DNA from: Candidatus Sericytochromatia bacterium
GTDB lineage: Bacteria; Cyanobacteriota; Sericytochromatia; S15B-MN24; JAQBPE01
DNA: 50,562 nucleotides
Direction of reading: 5' to 3'
Assembly: GCA_040400605.1 (NCBI GenBank)
Contig: JBBAPZ010000009.1
Coordinates: forward strand, 66,607-117,168
This document shows, in pieces, positions 8,890 through 18,255 of this stretch; the stretch's first letter is position 1; the number at the start of each line of letters is the position of its first letter. The translations under genes and the position numbers were made by a program. The notes beneath the pieces are model-generated. The model was not told where the DNA came from, did not search any database, and saw nothing but the letters and a program-made list of their open reading frames with translations.

Positions 8890-10181
8890 CAAGACTCTGG
8901 TGGATGGCACTGGCAGCCGCGATCGGGGCGCCCTGCACGGTGTTGGCGAAAGAGGTCACCAAGGTGTCAGCCCCACAAGCCACTTTGCTTGGACGGGCGA
9001 TCGTTCCTGCGAGCACCTTTTTGCCAGGGCCAACCAGTGGTCAATTTTTGGGTTCGAAGCCCATCAACGGGGTGTTGCCGCCTTTTCGCAACAAACAGCC
9101 CGTTCAGGGATTTTCTGCGATGGTTTCGGATGGTAAAACCGGCGTGTGGGTACTGGGAGACAATGGCTTTGGCAAGGCCGGCAATTCGGCCGATGCGCGC
9201 TTGCGGGTGTATCACCTCCAGCCTGATTGGTCCGGACGCGGACGGCCCGGCCGGGTGGCGGTGCTTGAAACCTTCGATCTGCGGGACCCGCAACGGCAAT
9301 TACCCTATCCACTCGCCAATCCTGACGACCCCGAGCGTTATCTGAGCGGCGCGGATCTCGACACAGAATCGTTTCAGCGCATGCCCGACGGCTCCTGGTG
9401 GATCGGCGATGAACTCGGACCCTTTCTGGTGCACGTGGATGCCAAAGGCGTTGTACTGGCGCCACCCGTTCGCTTGCCGCTGGATGGTCTGGCAGGGCCC
9501 GAGGTGCGATCGCCCGACTCACCCTTCGAACGGTATCCTGTGTCAACCAGCGGTACCGTTCGGGCATCGGTCCAGCCAGGCACATCAAGAATTCCGACGG
9601 TGACGATACGTACCCAGTTTTCTGGTGGATTCGAGGGAATGGCACTCTCACCGGATGGTCACACCCTGTATCCGATGCTCGAAAAGCCATTACCCGATGC
9701 CAAGAATCGCCTGCTGCCAATCTATCGCTTTGATGTGCGCCAGTCGCGTTACACCGGCATTTGGGCTTTTTACCCGATGGAGGCGTCAACCACATCCGTC
9801 GCTGATTTCGTGTTGGTGTCAGCCACGCGGGGCCTGGTCATCGAACGAGATGATCGCGAAGGGGATCTTGGCGCAATCAAGCGGGTATACCGCTTGGACT
9901 GGCAAGGGATCGGCAAACCGGTCAAGAAAACCCTCGTGGCCGACTTGATGGCGATTGCCGACCCCCAACATCTGGCAGGCTCGCCTCGCCCTGGCGACAT
10001 TGGCATCACATCTCGCTTCGCGTTGCCATTTTTTACCATTGAGGGCCTTTTGCCCTTGGGACAACACGAACTGGGTATCGTAACGGATAACAACTATCCA
10101 TTCAGCACAGGACGACACCCCAAACCGCCCCGTCCCGATGACACGGAGTTTGTTCGCATTGGGCTCAGCTCGCCGTTTTGA
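8886..10181 (+). CDS. Secreted phytase-like protein, copy 2
   Basis: Paralog of 4198-5493. The GTG at 8886 overlaps the glpK TGA (GTGA) and is followed by a signal-peptide-like stretch. Confidence 0.85.
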   Translation: MTRLWWMALAAAIGAPCTVLAKEVTKVSAPQATLLGRAIVPASTFLPGPTSGQFLGSKPINGVLPPFRNKQPVQGFSAMVSDGKTGVWVLGDNGFGKAGNSADARLRVYHLQPDWSGRGRPGRVAVLETFDLRDPQRQLPYPLANPDDPERYLSGADLDTESFQRMPDGSWWIGDELGPFLVHVDAKGVVLAPPVRLPLDGLAGPEVRSPDSPFERYPVSTSGTVRASVQPGTSRIPTVTIRTQFSGGFEGMALSPDGHTLYPMLEKPLPDAKNRLLPIYRFDVRQSRYTGIWAFYPMEASTTSVADFVLVSATRGLVIERDDREGDLGAIKRVYRLDWQGIGKPVKKTLVADLMAIADPQHLAGSPRPGDIGITSRFALPFFTIEGLLPLGQHELGIVTDNNYPFSTGRHPKPPRPDDTEFVRIGLSSPF

Positions 10182-10246
10182 GCGTTATCAAAACGACTCT
10201 GAGCGTTGGTGACGCCGATGACTGAAACGCAATGCGTCACGACAAA

Positions 10247-10268
10247 GGCGGCCTCGTGCGAGGCCGCC
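10247..10268. terminator. GC-rich hairpin between convergent genes; probable terminator
   Basis: GGCGGCCTCG-tg-CGAGGCCGCC; short T-run follows on the minus strand. Confidence 0.6.
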
Positions 10269-10292
10269 CACTGTTTGAAAACCGTTGGCTGT

Positions 10293-11033
10293 TTAGAAGA
10301 AACCGACGTGACCGGTTACACTGAGCAAACCGATGTTGGTCGCACCAGCGGGACTGAGCGGAAGCGTCCCCAAACGGAAGTCCACCGCGGTCGTTGCACT
10401 CGGAGACAATCGCAAGCCGGCTGAGCCGTTAACGGTCACAGCGCCCCCAGTCACAGTGTACGTCGGCACAACTTCCGCCAACACACTCCAACCCTTGGCA
10501 ATCGGGGCTTGAACACCCACGGTGCCAGTCACATTCATCCCCGTCGTCACGCCAGCGGCACCGTTCAAGCTTGGCAGGCCCAACGCCGGGCTGAAGCTCA
10601 GCCACGCGCCGCCCAAGGACCACGTCATCGGGAGACCGACCCGGGCACCCAAGCCCACGTTACCGCCGATGCCGCCAACATCCCCACCGACGCTGAGCGC
10701 CATGCCGCGCGCCAGCGGCATCTTGTAGCCCAAGCCCACGCCCGCGCCAAAGGCCGGAGCAATCGCGAAGTTGTTAAGATCAACGTTCAATTGGCCGCCG
10801 GGCAAACCGTAGTTGAACCCGATGCCACGTCTGCCCGCATCATTGCCCGCACTGACGTACTGCAAACCGGGTTGCAGTACGAAGGCTGTGTCCGTGTTCA
10901 GAAACGAAGTGGGCTGTTGCTGGGTCGAACCGCCCGTCAGGTTGGTGGACGTCTGCGCGAACGCAGGCGCAGCGCACATCACCGCGGCGGCGATCGCCAA
11001 GCTGCCCAGTTTTGCTGTGTTATTAAATGCCAT
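10293..11033 (-). CDS. Probable outer-membrane beta-barrel protein, hypothetical
   Basis: Signal peptide ending PAFA/Q; alternating Gly/hydrophobic strands; C-terminal VTGHVGFF with terminal Phe. SD spacing favours ATG 11033. Confidence 0.7.
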   Translation of the reverse strand: MAFNNTAKLGSLAIAAAVMCAAPAFAQTSTNLTGGSTQQQPTSFLNTDTAFVLQPGLQYVSAGNDAGRRGIGFNYGLPGGQLNVDLNNFAIAPAFGAGVGLGYKMPLARGMALSVGGDVGGIGGNVGLGARVGLPMTWSLGGAWLSFSPALGLPSLNGAAGVTTGMNVTGTVGVQAPIAKGWSVLAEVVPTYTVTGGAVTVNGSAGLRLSPSATTAVDFRLGTLPLSPAGATNIGLLSVTGHVGFF

Positions 11034-11226
11034 GACATTCATCCTCTCTCATCATTGGGAATATGGATCAATTGCACTTAGCGTTTGCATTGTCTGAGAT
11101 CCGTACAAACCAGCCAACAATCATGCAACACATACGACTGAATACACAGCGGTACCATATCTTCGCCAGATCGGTGCCGACGGTGTAAACCCATTCATTG
11201 TAACGAACGTTTCAACGAATGGCACG

Positions 11227-11634
11227 TCATCGATTGGCACGCTGTCCTGAACGGGTTGGTGCAGCTTCAAACTGGATGGAAACGTCGTCTCCTTTTAGCC
11301 TTCCGATCTCAGTTCGAATGATGTACCGCCCCGCCTTCGGGATGGACACGTTATCGAAGGCACTTCGAAAGCCGATGCCACCCGTTTTTTCCAGGGTTGC
11401 CGGTTTGTGAGTCAGGGTCATCAGTTCCTTTTTACGATCCTCTGTTAACAACGTGTGCTTGCACGCATGGGACCCGGCGGGCAAATCGTAGGCACTGGTG
11501 AGTACCGAAAAGCTAAACGTGATCGGAAACGGATTCACGACCAGGCACCGATGAATCGGGTGGATGCACAATTGCTTGTTGCTTTGCACATCCACATCGA
11601 TGTCTTCAAAAATGATGGTCTGGATCGCAGGCAT
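11227..11634 (-). CDS. Hypothetical beta-rich protein (possibly DUF6941-like)
   Basis: 135-aa ORF with SD AAGGA; K-x-x-I...PFP and PKAGRYII pattern. Confidence 0.6.
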   Translation of the reverse strand: MPAIQTIIFEDIDVDVQSNKQLCIHPIHRCLVVNPFPITFSFSVLTSAYDLPAGSHACKHTLLTEDRKKELMTLTHKPATLEKTGGIGFRSAFDNVSIPKAGRYIIRTEIGRLKGDDVSIQFEAAPTRSGQRANR

Positions 11635-11743
11635 GCGTTTCCTTCACGTGGGCGCTTGACTCTCGGCTATCGTATACCCTCAAGCCACCAACTGGTTGCG
11701 ATCCCCGACACAAATCACCCAAACTTGTTAAGACGGTGATCAG

Positions 11744-13078
11744 CTATTTGGCCAAACGCAAAAGGCGCGACATCTGACGCCGTTGCTCAGCCGTACTCCC
11801 GCGCCCGCCAAGCGTCTTGCACATCGTCATCAAAATCTGTTTCGGCAATTGTGCGGCATCCGCATCCGAAAGATGACCCGCCAACTCAAGCAACAAACCC
11901 GGTTCATCTGCTGTGAGCAATCCCTGCAAATCCGACAGATGTTTTTGCGGATCCTGTGCCAGGACCGTTGCCGCCACCCGACCCGCCAAACGAGCCGCAT
12001 GTCCCGTTTCATCCTGTCGTTGCCGCAGCACGGCGAGCAATTGCGGCGCATCCGCCAGTGGCAAACGCTTCAGCCACGCCTCATCCGCGATCGCCATCAC
12101 GCTCTCAAAACCCACCGCGTCGCAAGCAACCAGCCACTGCGCATCCATTCGCTCAGGCGCCGTTCGAACCAAAGAAGCAGCCAACTCCGCAATAGCCTCC
12201 CCATTACCAGCGCCTGCCACAACGTCCTCATAACGCTGCAAACGCTCAGCGAAAGGCGTTGCATCCAAAAGCCGTTCACGCGCGCGCCGATCCAGCGGCG
12301 CCTCCTCCGCGCAATCAGAGTCAAGCGTCACGGCAATCGGATGCGACGCAATCAGATTCCCGATCGATTCCGCATCAGGTGGCTCCAGCCCGGTTTCACC
12401 CTGCGTCATCGCCTCATCCGTTATGCGCTGCAACGCTCGTGCCACGAGTCGCTCAAACTCGCGCAATCCCAACGCGAATTCCGCTGCCCCATCATCAACC
12501 GAAACGCCAGCCCGACTACCTGCGTCCAAATCGCGCAGTTCGGTCAAGACATGAATCACCGTATCGTAATCAAAACCGCCGTCATCACGTCTGAGCAAAC
12601 TGCCCCGTCGCAAATGCATGGCCTTTAACGCATCCAGACGCGCATGCCAACTGGCTTGAGGCCCCCATTTGCGCTGGTACTGGGTTTCAAGCTCCGCCAA
12701 ACGCGCCCGCGATACCGCCTTATGGTCATGCACGGCACCCGTCGGCGCCTCCGGAATGAGCGCCAACGCCGCTTTAACCTGTTCCAGGGTTTGCCAATCA
12801 GCCTGCTGGGCGGCCTCTGCCTCATAAGCATTCGTCGGGCGTTGGGCGGGAATGCTCGCCTGCTCGATTTGATGCAATGCATCACGTTCAGCCTGCTTGG
12901 CACGCGTCAAAGCATCCATCTGCCCGTTCTCTACAAGCAACGGCGTTGAAAGGCGACCCGCCCGCACCAGGGCATTGAGTTGCTGCTGTTGCAGCAGGAT
13001 TTCAAGTTCAGGGACCCGGGTGCGCTCGATTAACGCTTGATCCCGCGCACGTTGTTCCGCAAGCGTCTCGTCTGGCAT
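11744..13078 (-). CDS. Hypothetical alpha-helical/coiled-coil protein
   Basis: Long ORF rich in A/L/E/Q/R; strong SD GAGGAGG before ATG 13078. Confidence 0.75.
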   Translation of the reverse strand: MPDETLAEQRARDQALIERTRVPELEILLQQQQLNALVRAGRLSTPLLVENGQMDALTRAKQAERDALHQIEQASIPAQRPTNAYEAEAAQQADWQTLEQVKAALALIPEAPTGAVHDHKAVSRARLAELETQYQRKWGPQASWHARLDALKAMHLRRGSLLRRDDGGFDYDTVIHVLTELRDLDAGSRAGVSVDDGAAEFALGLREFERLVARALQRITDEAMTQGETGLEPPDAESIGNLIASHPIAVTLDSDCAEEAPLDRRARERLLDATPFAERLQRYEDVVAGAGNGEAIAELAASLVRTAPERMDAQWLVACDAVGFESVMAIADEAWLKRLPLADAPQLLAVLRQRQDETGHAARLAGRVAATVLAQDPQKHLSDLQGLLTADEPGLLLELAGHLSDADAAQLPKQILMTMCKTLGGRGSTAEQRRQMSRLLRLAK

Positions 13079-13269
13079 CGCACCCTCCTCGGATAATGAA
13101 ATACCCGCGTCGGTCACGTTTCTACCACAAAAAGGCCCCTCGCAGCCTCAGATTGACGAGTCGAGCAGCCCCTCACCGCCACCCATTCGACCTACGAATC
13201 TTGATGGCGCAGTATTCGATTAATTTTCTCGATCGGTGATCAAAGTTTCCAGATGGCGTCACCCATTCC

Positions 13270-14961
13270 CTATTGCGACACACCTTCATCCGGGGGAATA
13301 AACGGCGTCAACGCGGAGTCATCCCCCGTCCGTTCGAATGATGGCGCCACGGGTTGTGCAAAATCGGCTACCTGAGACTGCGTGGTATCGGGACGCGAAC
13401 GCAGGCGCGGCACCATGGGCTTGGGCAAACTGATTTGAATCACACGCGGCAAGACAGTGACATCCACGCGCCCGGGCAAGCGTGGTTCGAAAGCCAAGCG
13501 AACACGACCGTCTCCTTTGGCTGCCATGCTCCAGCGCGTGAGCACGGGGTCGCGTGGTTCGGCACGACGGGTGCCCGCAAAACTGGTAGATGCCTGACGA
13601 ATGTCCAAATAGGTGCGCCCGCCCGGCAGTCGATGCATGTGGATTGCACCGTCGCGCAGGGTTCCGACATACGGAATCACCAACCGTTTGCTGCCGGCGT
13701 CGAATTGCGCGGCGGACAAGCGGACAGCGGTCTTGACCGCTTCAGGCGTTTTGAAGGCAACTGTGTTCGCGCGAGGCATTGAGGTTCCGGAAAGCGACAC
13801 TTTCGTCCGCGTTGGCGCCTCTGCCCGCGAAACCGTCTTGTTGTCGGTTGTCACAGCGACCCGTGCGGGGGCCCTTGACTCGGTCAGTGGCGACAAAGAA
13901 ATCGTCAAGGCGTTGTCGGATACCGTGACGGTCGGGTCACACGTGACATTGACGGCAAGCACCGCGCGCACGCCTCCTTTGGATTGACTGGCCACGGCCC
14001 AACGTGTCACGTTTTCGAGGTTGGGGCGATCGCCCAGGTTGCCTTTCGTGCCCAGGCGCGCCCCTGCAAGATCCAGATACACCCGACCATCGCGCAAACG
14101 ATTCAAACGCAGCCCTTCCGTGACCCGTCCCGCATACGGCAACACCAATGCCTGGCGGGTGGCATCAAAATGGGCGCCGCTGATTACCAAACTGGCTGTT
14201 GGTAAACCAAGCGGCAACTGTCGCGCGCTCGAACCACCTACAACCCCACGCCGTCGTGCCAGGGGTCGGGACATTGTCACGCTGTCCGCGTCCTGGGGCT
14301 GGAACGCCGTGGCGCTCCGCGATGAAACAATCCGAACTGGCTGGACAACCCTGAAGCCGCCGGCCAATTTGTCGCCCGCATTTAACCCGCCACTCCGAGC
14401 GGGCTTTAACACCAACGGTGTGCCATTGGTACCGGTTTTTGTCGCTGAGCCTGACGCGACGGGCACGCCTTTCGTTGCCACGGGCCCCTTGACGGGTGTC
14501 TGAGCGGTGGCCAGAACCAAAATTGGGCGTCGCAAAATCGCCTGTCGCGCAAGCGCCGCTTGGGCTGCCTTGGGATTCTCAGCCATCAATGGGTCAAACT
14601 CACCGTCCTCAGGCTCAGATGGAAGTGCCGCGATCGCATCAGCAATCGCGGATGCAGGCGAGCCGGAATCGCCATGCAGTGTCGGCACCACAACGCCAGT
14701 CGGCGCCGTCACAATCCCAAGTTCACGCAACTGCTCGGGGGTGAAGCCCTGCGCGGCGGTGTTGCCCGAAAACGCATTCAGAGGCGATGAGTCGGTTGCC
14801 AAACCCAAACCCGTCAGGATTCCTGTCATGATCAGCGCGCCAATACCCACACGGACGGGGTTGTAAGTTGAAGCGGTTGCAACAGGTGCCAAGGGCGCCT
14901 CGGTTTCGGCGGGCGCTGCCGAAGGGCCTTTCAATGCAGGGGTGAGCGGCCAGGATACCAT
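13270..14961 (-). CDS. Membrane-anchored protein with two AMIN-like domains
   Basis: One TM segment (VGIGALIMTGILTGLGL). Two repeats FDA...LVxPY...RxYLD...RW...VRxxx. SD GGAGG before ATG 14961. Confidence 0.7.
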   Translation of the reverse strand: MVSWPLTPALKGPSAAPAETEAPLAPVATASTYNPVRVGIGALIMTGILTGLGLATDSSPLNAFSGNTAAQGFTPEQLRELGIVTAPTGVVVPTLHGDSGSPASAIADAIAALPSEPEDGEFDPLMAENPKAAQAALARQAILRRPILVLATAQTPVKGPVATKGVPVASGSATKTGTNGTPLVLKPARSGGLNAGDKLAGGFRVVQPVRIVSSRSATAFQPQDADSVTMSRPLARRRGVVGGSSARQLPLGLPTASLVISGAHFDATRQALVLPYAGRVTEGLRLNRLRDGRVYLDLAGARLGTKGNLGDRPNLENVTRWAVASQSKGGVRAVLAVNVTCDPTVTVSDNALTISLSPLTESRAPARVAVTTDNKTVSRAEAPTRTKVSLSGTSMPRANTVAFKTPEAVKTAVRLSAAQFDAGSKRLVIPYVGTLRDGAIHMHRLPGGRTYLDIRQASTSFAGTRRAEPRDPVLTRWSMAAKGDGRVRLAFEPRLPGRVDVTVLPRVIQISLPKPMVPRLRSRPDTTQSQVADFAQPVAPSFERTGDDSALTPFIPPDEGVSQ

Positions 14962-15189
14962 CGTGCCTCCAGACGCAAAAACAGTCGTGTCGTCAAAAGT
15001 CGATCGCCCCGAGCGGGAATCGGAGACCGTCACTGGGCGCACGCCAAGAGCGTTTCCAACCTACCTTGAAGGCGGCTTCCTCCAAGAAACAAGTCACATC
15101 AGGGTGAGTACGGTGATCGACTTGTTGGCAAGTTTAACCCTTGCTGGCCCAGGGTTCAGTGACAGCGACCATAACAGGTGTGAGCGACA

Positions 15190-17139
15190 TCACAGGGGAT
15201 GCTGCAGACCCCACTCTTCAAGGAGCACCCACTCCTCGGTTGCGAGATCGAACACTTCCTCATCTCCGGCCACCCCGATGTGGCTTTGCAACGCCAAACC
15301 GTCTCCGCCTGCGCGTTTGAACGCAGCGATGAACCAATCGAAGAAAAACTTGGCACTCAGTTCATAAATATCTTCCACGGATTCGTGCAGAGCGACAAAG
15401 CGCGGGGAGTGCACCACCTCCTCCGGTATGATTGGCCCGTGCCCTTCCAATAGCTCAACACTGCCCGAAAAACCGACCACAGCCTCACCTGAGCGTTCAG
15501 CACAATACAACCAACCATCCGTGCCGAGCGTGTACACCCGCAGACCAACCGCTCCGGCAAGGCCGTAGGGATGCGACAACTCAAACGCCAGTGTCGCAAC
15601 GCCCGGCGCAAAACCTGTCTCAAACAGCGTGCGCAACGCGTTAACCAAAGTCTCGGTCAAGGCGCCAAAACGCCGCGCCAACACATCCAGCCACTGCGCA
15701 CGAACATTAAAAGGGGCGGTCATCGCGCGAACCGGTACGGAAGAAGGTGCGGCAAATCCACCATCCCAATCTCCGGGCGCGCCACTTAAGCGTTCTACCC
15801 GAGCGTGCAGGTACGGAACGATGTCGCGGTGCTCCGGTTTCATCAAACAGCTTCGCAACACGGTCAACTCGGGCTGATCCCATACAAGGTCCGGATGCAA
15901 CGCCCCCACGACAGCCTGCGGGAGCTTTAACTTCGCCAAATAGATCGGCTCACATGCATCACCCATCAACGCCTGAAAGACCGCATCACTCTCATAGGAG
16001 ATGGCACTCACATTCAAACCGGCACCAACCGGAAAAAAACAGACAATATCCAACTCAGGCGGCATCAACAAGCGCAAGCGCTGGCTGCGTAACAGACGCT
16101 CAGCCCAATCGAGCGCCGCCAGCCGACACGCACGCAAAACAGGCCCGAAACCTGCATCCACTTGCAGTGGCAACGCTTCGAACGTCGCCCACAAAGCAGC
16201 GGCTGCCGCACCGGGACGCGAACATTCGAGACTGATTTCACCCAAATGCAATTCAGCATTCGTGAAATAGGTATAAGGCGAATCGTGGCGATACAAACGT
16301 CCCACCTCAGGGTCCGCAAACAGCACGCAACCGCAACCGTAAGGTTGTAACCCGTGTTTGTGGGGGTCGATGACGACACTGTCCACCTGTGCGATTGCCT
16401 CCCAATCGGAACGCGACAGCCCAAGTGACGAATCTTGGGCAAGGAGAGCATAAAATCCACCGTAGGCGGCATCTACGTGGACCCGCACCCCGTTGGTCCG
16501 CGCCCATTCAACGATCGCAGACAGCGGATCCACAGCCCCTACGCCCGTGGTCCCCATCGTCGCAACCACCGTGCCGATCGGCGACTCCCGATGCGCGGCA
16601 TCCAAAGCAGCCACACTCAAGCGTCCCATTTCATCCGTTGCGATCGCCACGGTTTGCAATCCCACCACCTCGCCAATACGCCCGTGCGTATAATGCGCCT
16701 GCTCGCTATGCGCCAAACGACGGTGAGGATGCAAGCGCCTCGACACCCACAAGGCCTCCAAATTGGCAATGGTCCCCGATGCGCACAAATGACCCAAATG
16801 CCTCGGCAACCCAAGCATCCCAGCCAGTTTTTCCACCACCTCACGCTCCAGACGCGCTGTGGCCGGGCCGCCATCCGCCGCGTGGTTGTTGGGGTTAATC
16901 AACATGGTCATCGCATAAGCCATCATCGCCACCGGATGCGGCGGCTTCAGCATCTGCCCCGCGTACACGGGATGATGAAACGGATAATTGTCTTGCAACC
17001 GCTCAGCCAAACGCAACAACACCCGATCCAGAACATCAGGCGCCACAGCAAGCTCAGCCGCCACCGGAAACGCTTCCCAACCACATTGCCAACGCGTGAC
17101 ATGCTCGAGGCCCTTCACCAAGCTTTGCCACTGCGACAC
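15190..17139 (-). CDS. Group II PLP-dependent decarboxylase with an extra C-terminal domain
   Basis: SGTIANLEALW, HVDAAYGG, PLP lysine in DPHKHG, SLECSR; about 190 extra residues after the catalytic domain. Confidence 0.88.
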   Translation of the reverse strand: MSQWQSLVKGLEHVTRWQCGWEAFPVAAELAVAPDVLDRVLLRLAERLQDNYPFHHPVYAGQMLKPPHPVAMMAYAMTMLINPNNHAADGGPATARLEREVVEKLAGMLGLPRHLGHLCASGTIANLEALWVSRRLHPHRRLAHSEQAHYTHGRIGEVVGLQTVAIATDEMGRLSVAALDAAHRESPIGTVVATMGTTGVGAVDPLSAIVEWARTNGVRVHVDAAYGGFYALLAQDSSLGLSRSDWEAIAQVDSVVIDPHKHGLQPYGCGCVLFADPEVGRLYRHDSPYTYFTNAELHLGEISLECSRPGAAAAALWATFEALPLQVDAGFGPVLRACRLAALDWAERLLRSQRLRLLMPPELDIVCFFPVGAGLNVSAISYESDAVFQALMGDACEPIYLAKLKLPQAVVGALHPDLVWDQPELTVLRSCLMKPEHRDIVPYLHARVERLSGAPGDWDGGFAAPSSVPVRAMTAPFNVRAQWLDVLARRFGALTETLVNALRTLFETGFAPGVATLAFELSHPYGLAGAVGLRVYTLGTDGWLYCAERSGEAVVGFSGSVELLEGHGPIIPEEVVHSPRFVALHESVEDIYELSAKFFFDWFIAAFKRAGGDGLALQSHIGVAGDEEVFDLATEEWVLLEEWGLQHPL

Positions 17140-17772
17140 CCTTCACCCCCTTTAAGTCAACCACGGCCATCAACAAGACAGCCCACAACAGCGCCCTGCT
17201 TCGCGATGCCAGACGCACCGCCAATCACCTCTGTCTCCCATCTACCCACGCCACAGCACTTTTGACCCATACACCAAGCTATGGCTACCTTTTTTGTCAG
17301 TCCCGCCCCTTCTGGCATACCCACAAGACGCCTACACTCTTCTTCGACAAACCGGGTATTCGATACCCAGACTCTGGCCATCCACGCCAATTCCCCCTTG
17401 TTCCACCCGCCCCGACCGTATCAACCCCCCATACAGGCAACACCAGACACGCCCAATTGGACCCACTATTAAACCTGTCCCGTTTCAGCCCACGGAGTTC
17501 GATGCCTCATTCTGTCCACATCACGTTGACGTGTTTGGCCCACCGATTTGGAAAACGGACTGACATGCAGGGACCACAGCCAGCCTTGTCCCGTTCAAGA
17601 CCTGAGCCGATGCAACCGTTGCCCGATTACCAATTCCTGAATGGCCAGCAACACGACACGACATCTATCACACCAAGTGGTCCTGATAGGCCTCATCCGT
17701 GAGCGCCGTTTGGTCAAGAACCCCGTTGAAAACCCAAGACTCGCGCAAAACGCGTTTAGTAAGGAGGGACTC

Positions 17773-18195
17773 ATGTTTCACACCCAAGAAGTGCCCGGCG
17801 CCACCTGGGATGCCTGTCTGCTCGCCTTAAGCGGTCAGATGTGGGGGCGTCCTGTTCGTGTGTGGGTGGAGCATCCCGATTTGGGCCATCAGTTGCTGGT
17901 CGATCACATGCCGCTCTACGGGATGTCCCTCATTAAAAAGGGAGCCGAAAAACGTGCCATTGAATTGAGTTTCAACGAAGCGCAATCCCAGAGCCACCAT
18001 CTCACCCATCTTATCACCGCCCCAGCAAGAATCTACCTGCAAGAGTCAGACACGGCGCAACCCATCTGTTTATGGATCGACAGCCAAGACGGCAGCAACA
18101 CCTTGATCGGCTTCGACCTGAGTTGGGCCCCCAAACCCGGCGTACGCGCCCTGGGACCCGCCACCGAAACACCCCCGTCGGCACAAGGACGCTAG
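17773..18195 (+). CDS. DUF5335-like protein
   Basis: SD AAGGAGG; W...LS...GRPVRV, DLGHQ, MPLYG, LTHLITAPARI pattern. Confidence 0.7.
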   Translation: MFHTQEVPGATWDACLLALSGQMWGRPVRVWVEHPDLGHQLLVDHMPLYGMSLIKKGAEKRAIELSFNEAQSQSHHLTHLITAPARIYLQESDTAQPICLWIDSQDGSNTLIGFDLSWAPKPGVRALGPATETPPSAQGR

Positions 18196-18255
18196 CACAC
18201 CAACCCCAAATTGTCTTCGACCGCCCAGTCATCAGCCCTCAAGCGGCCCACCCAT

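Noticed and set aside
11783..12628. Long antisense ORFs (also 16435-17265, 21704-22498, 40052-40906, 46431-47234)
   Set aside because: These are shadow ORFs opposite better-supported genes, as expected in GC-rich, strand-skewed DNA.
17140..17772. Short ORFs or an ncRNA in the 630-bp divergent gap
   Set aside because: The ORFs have no recognisable motifs or RBS, and I saw no convincing structure or repeat.
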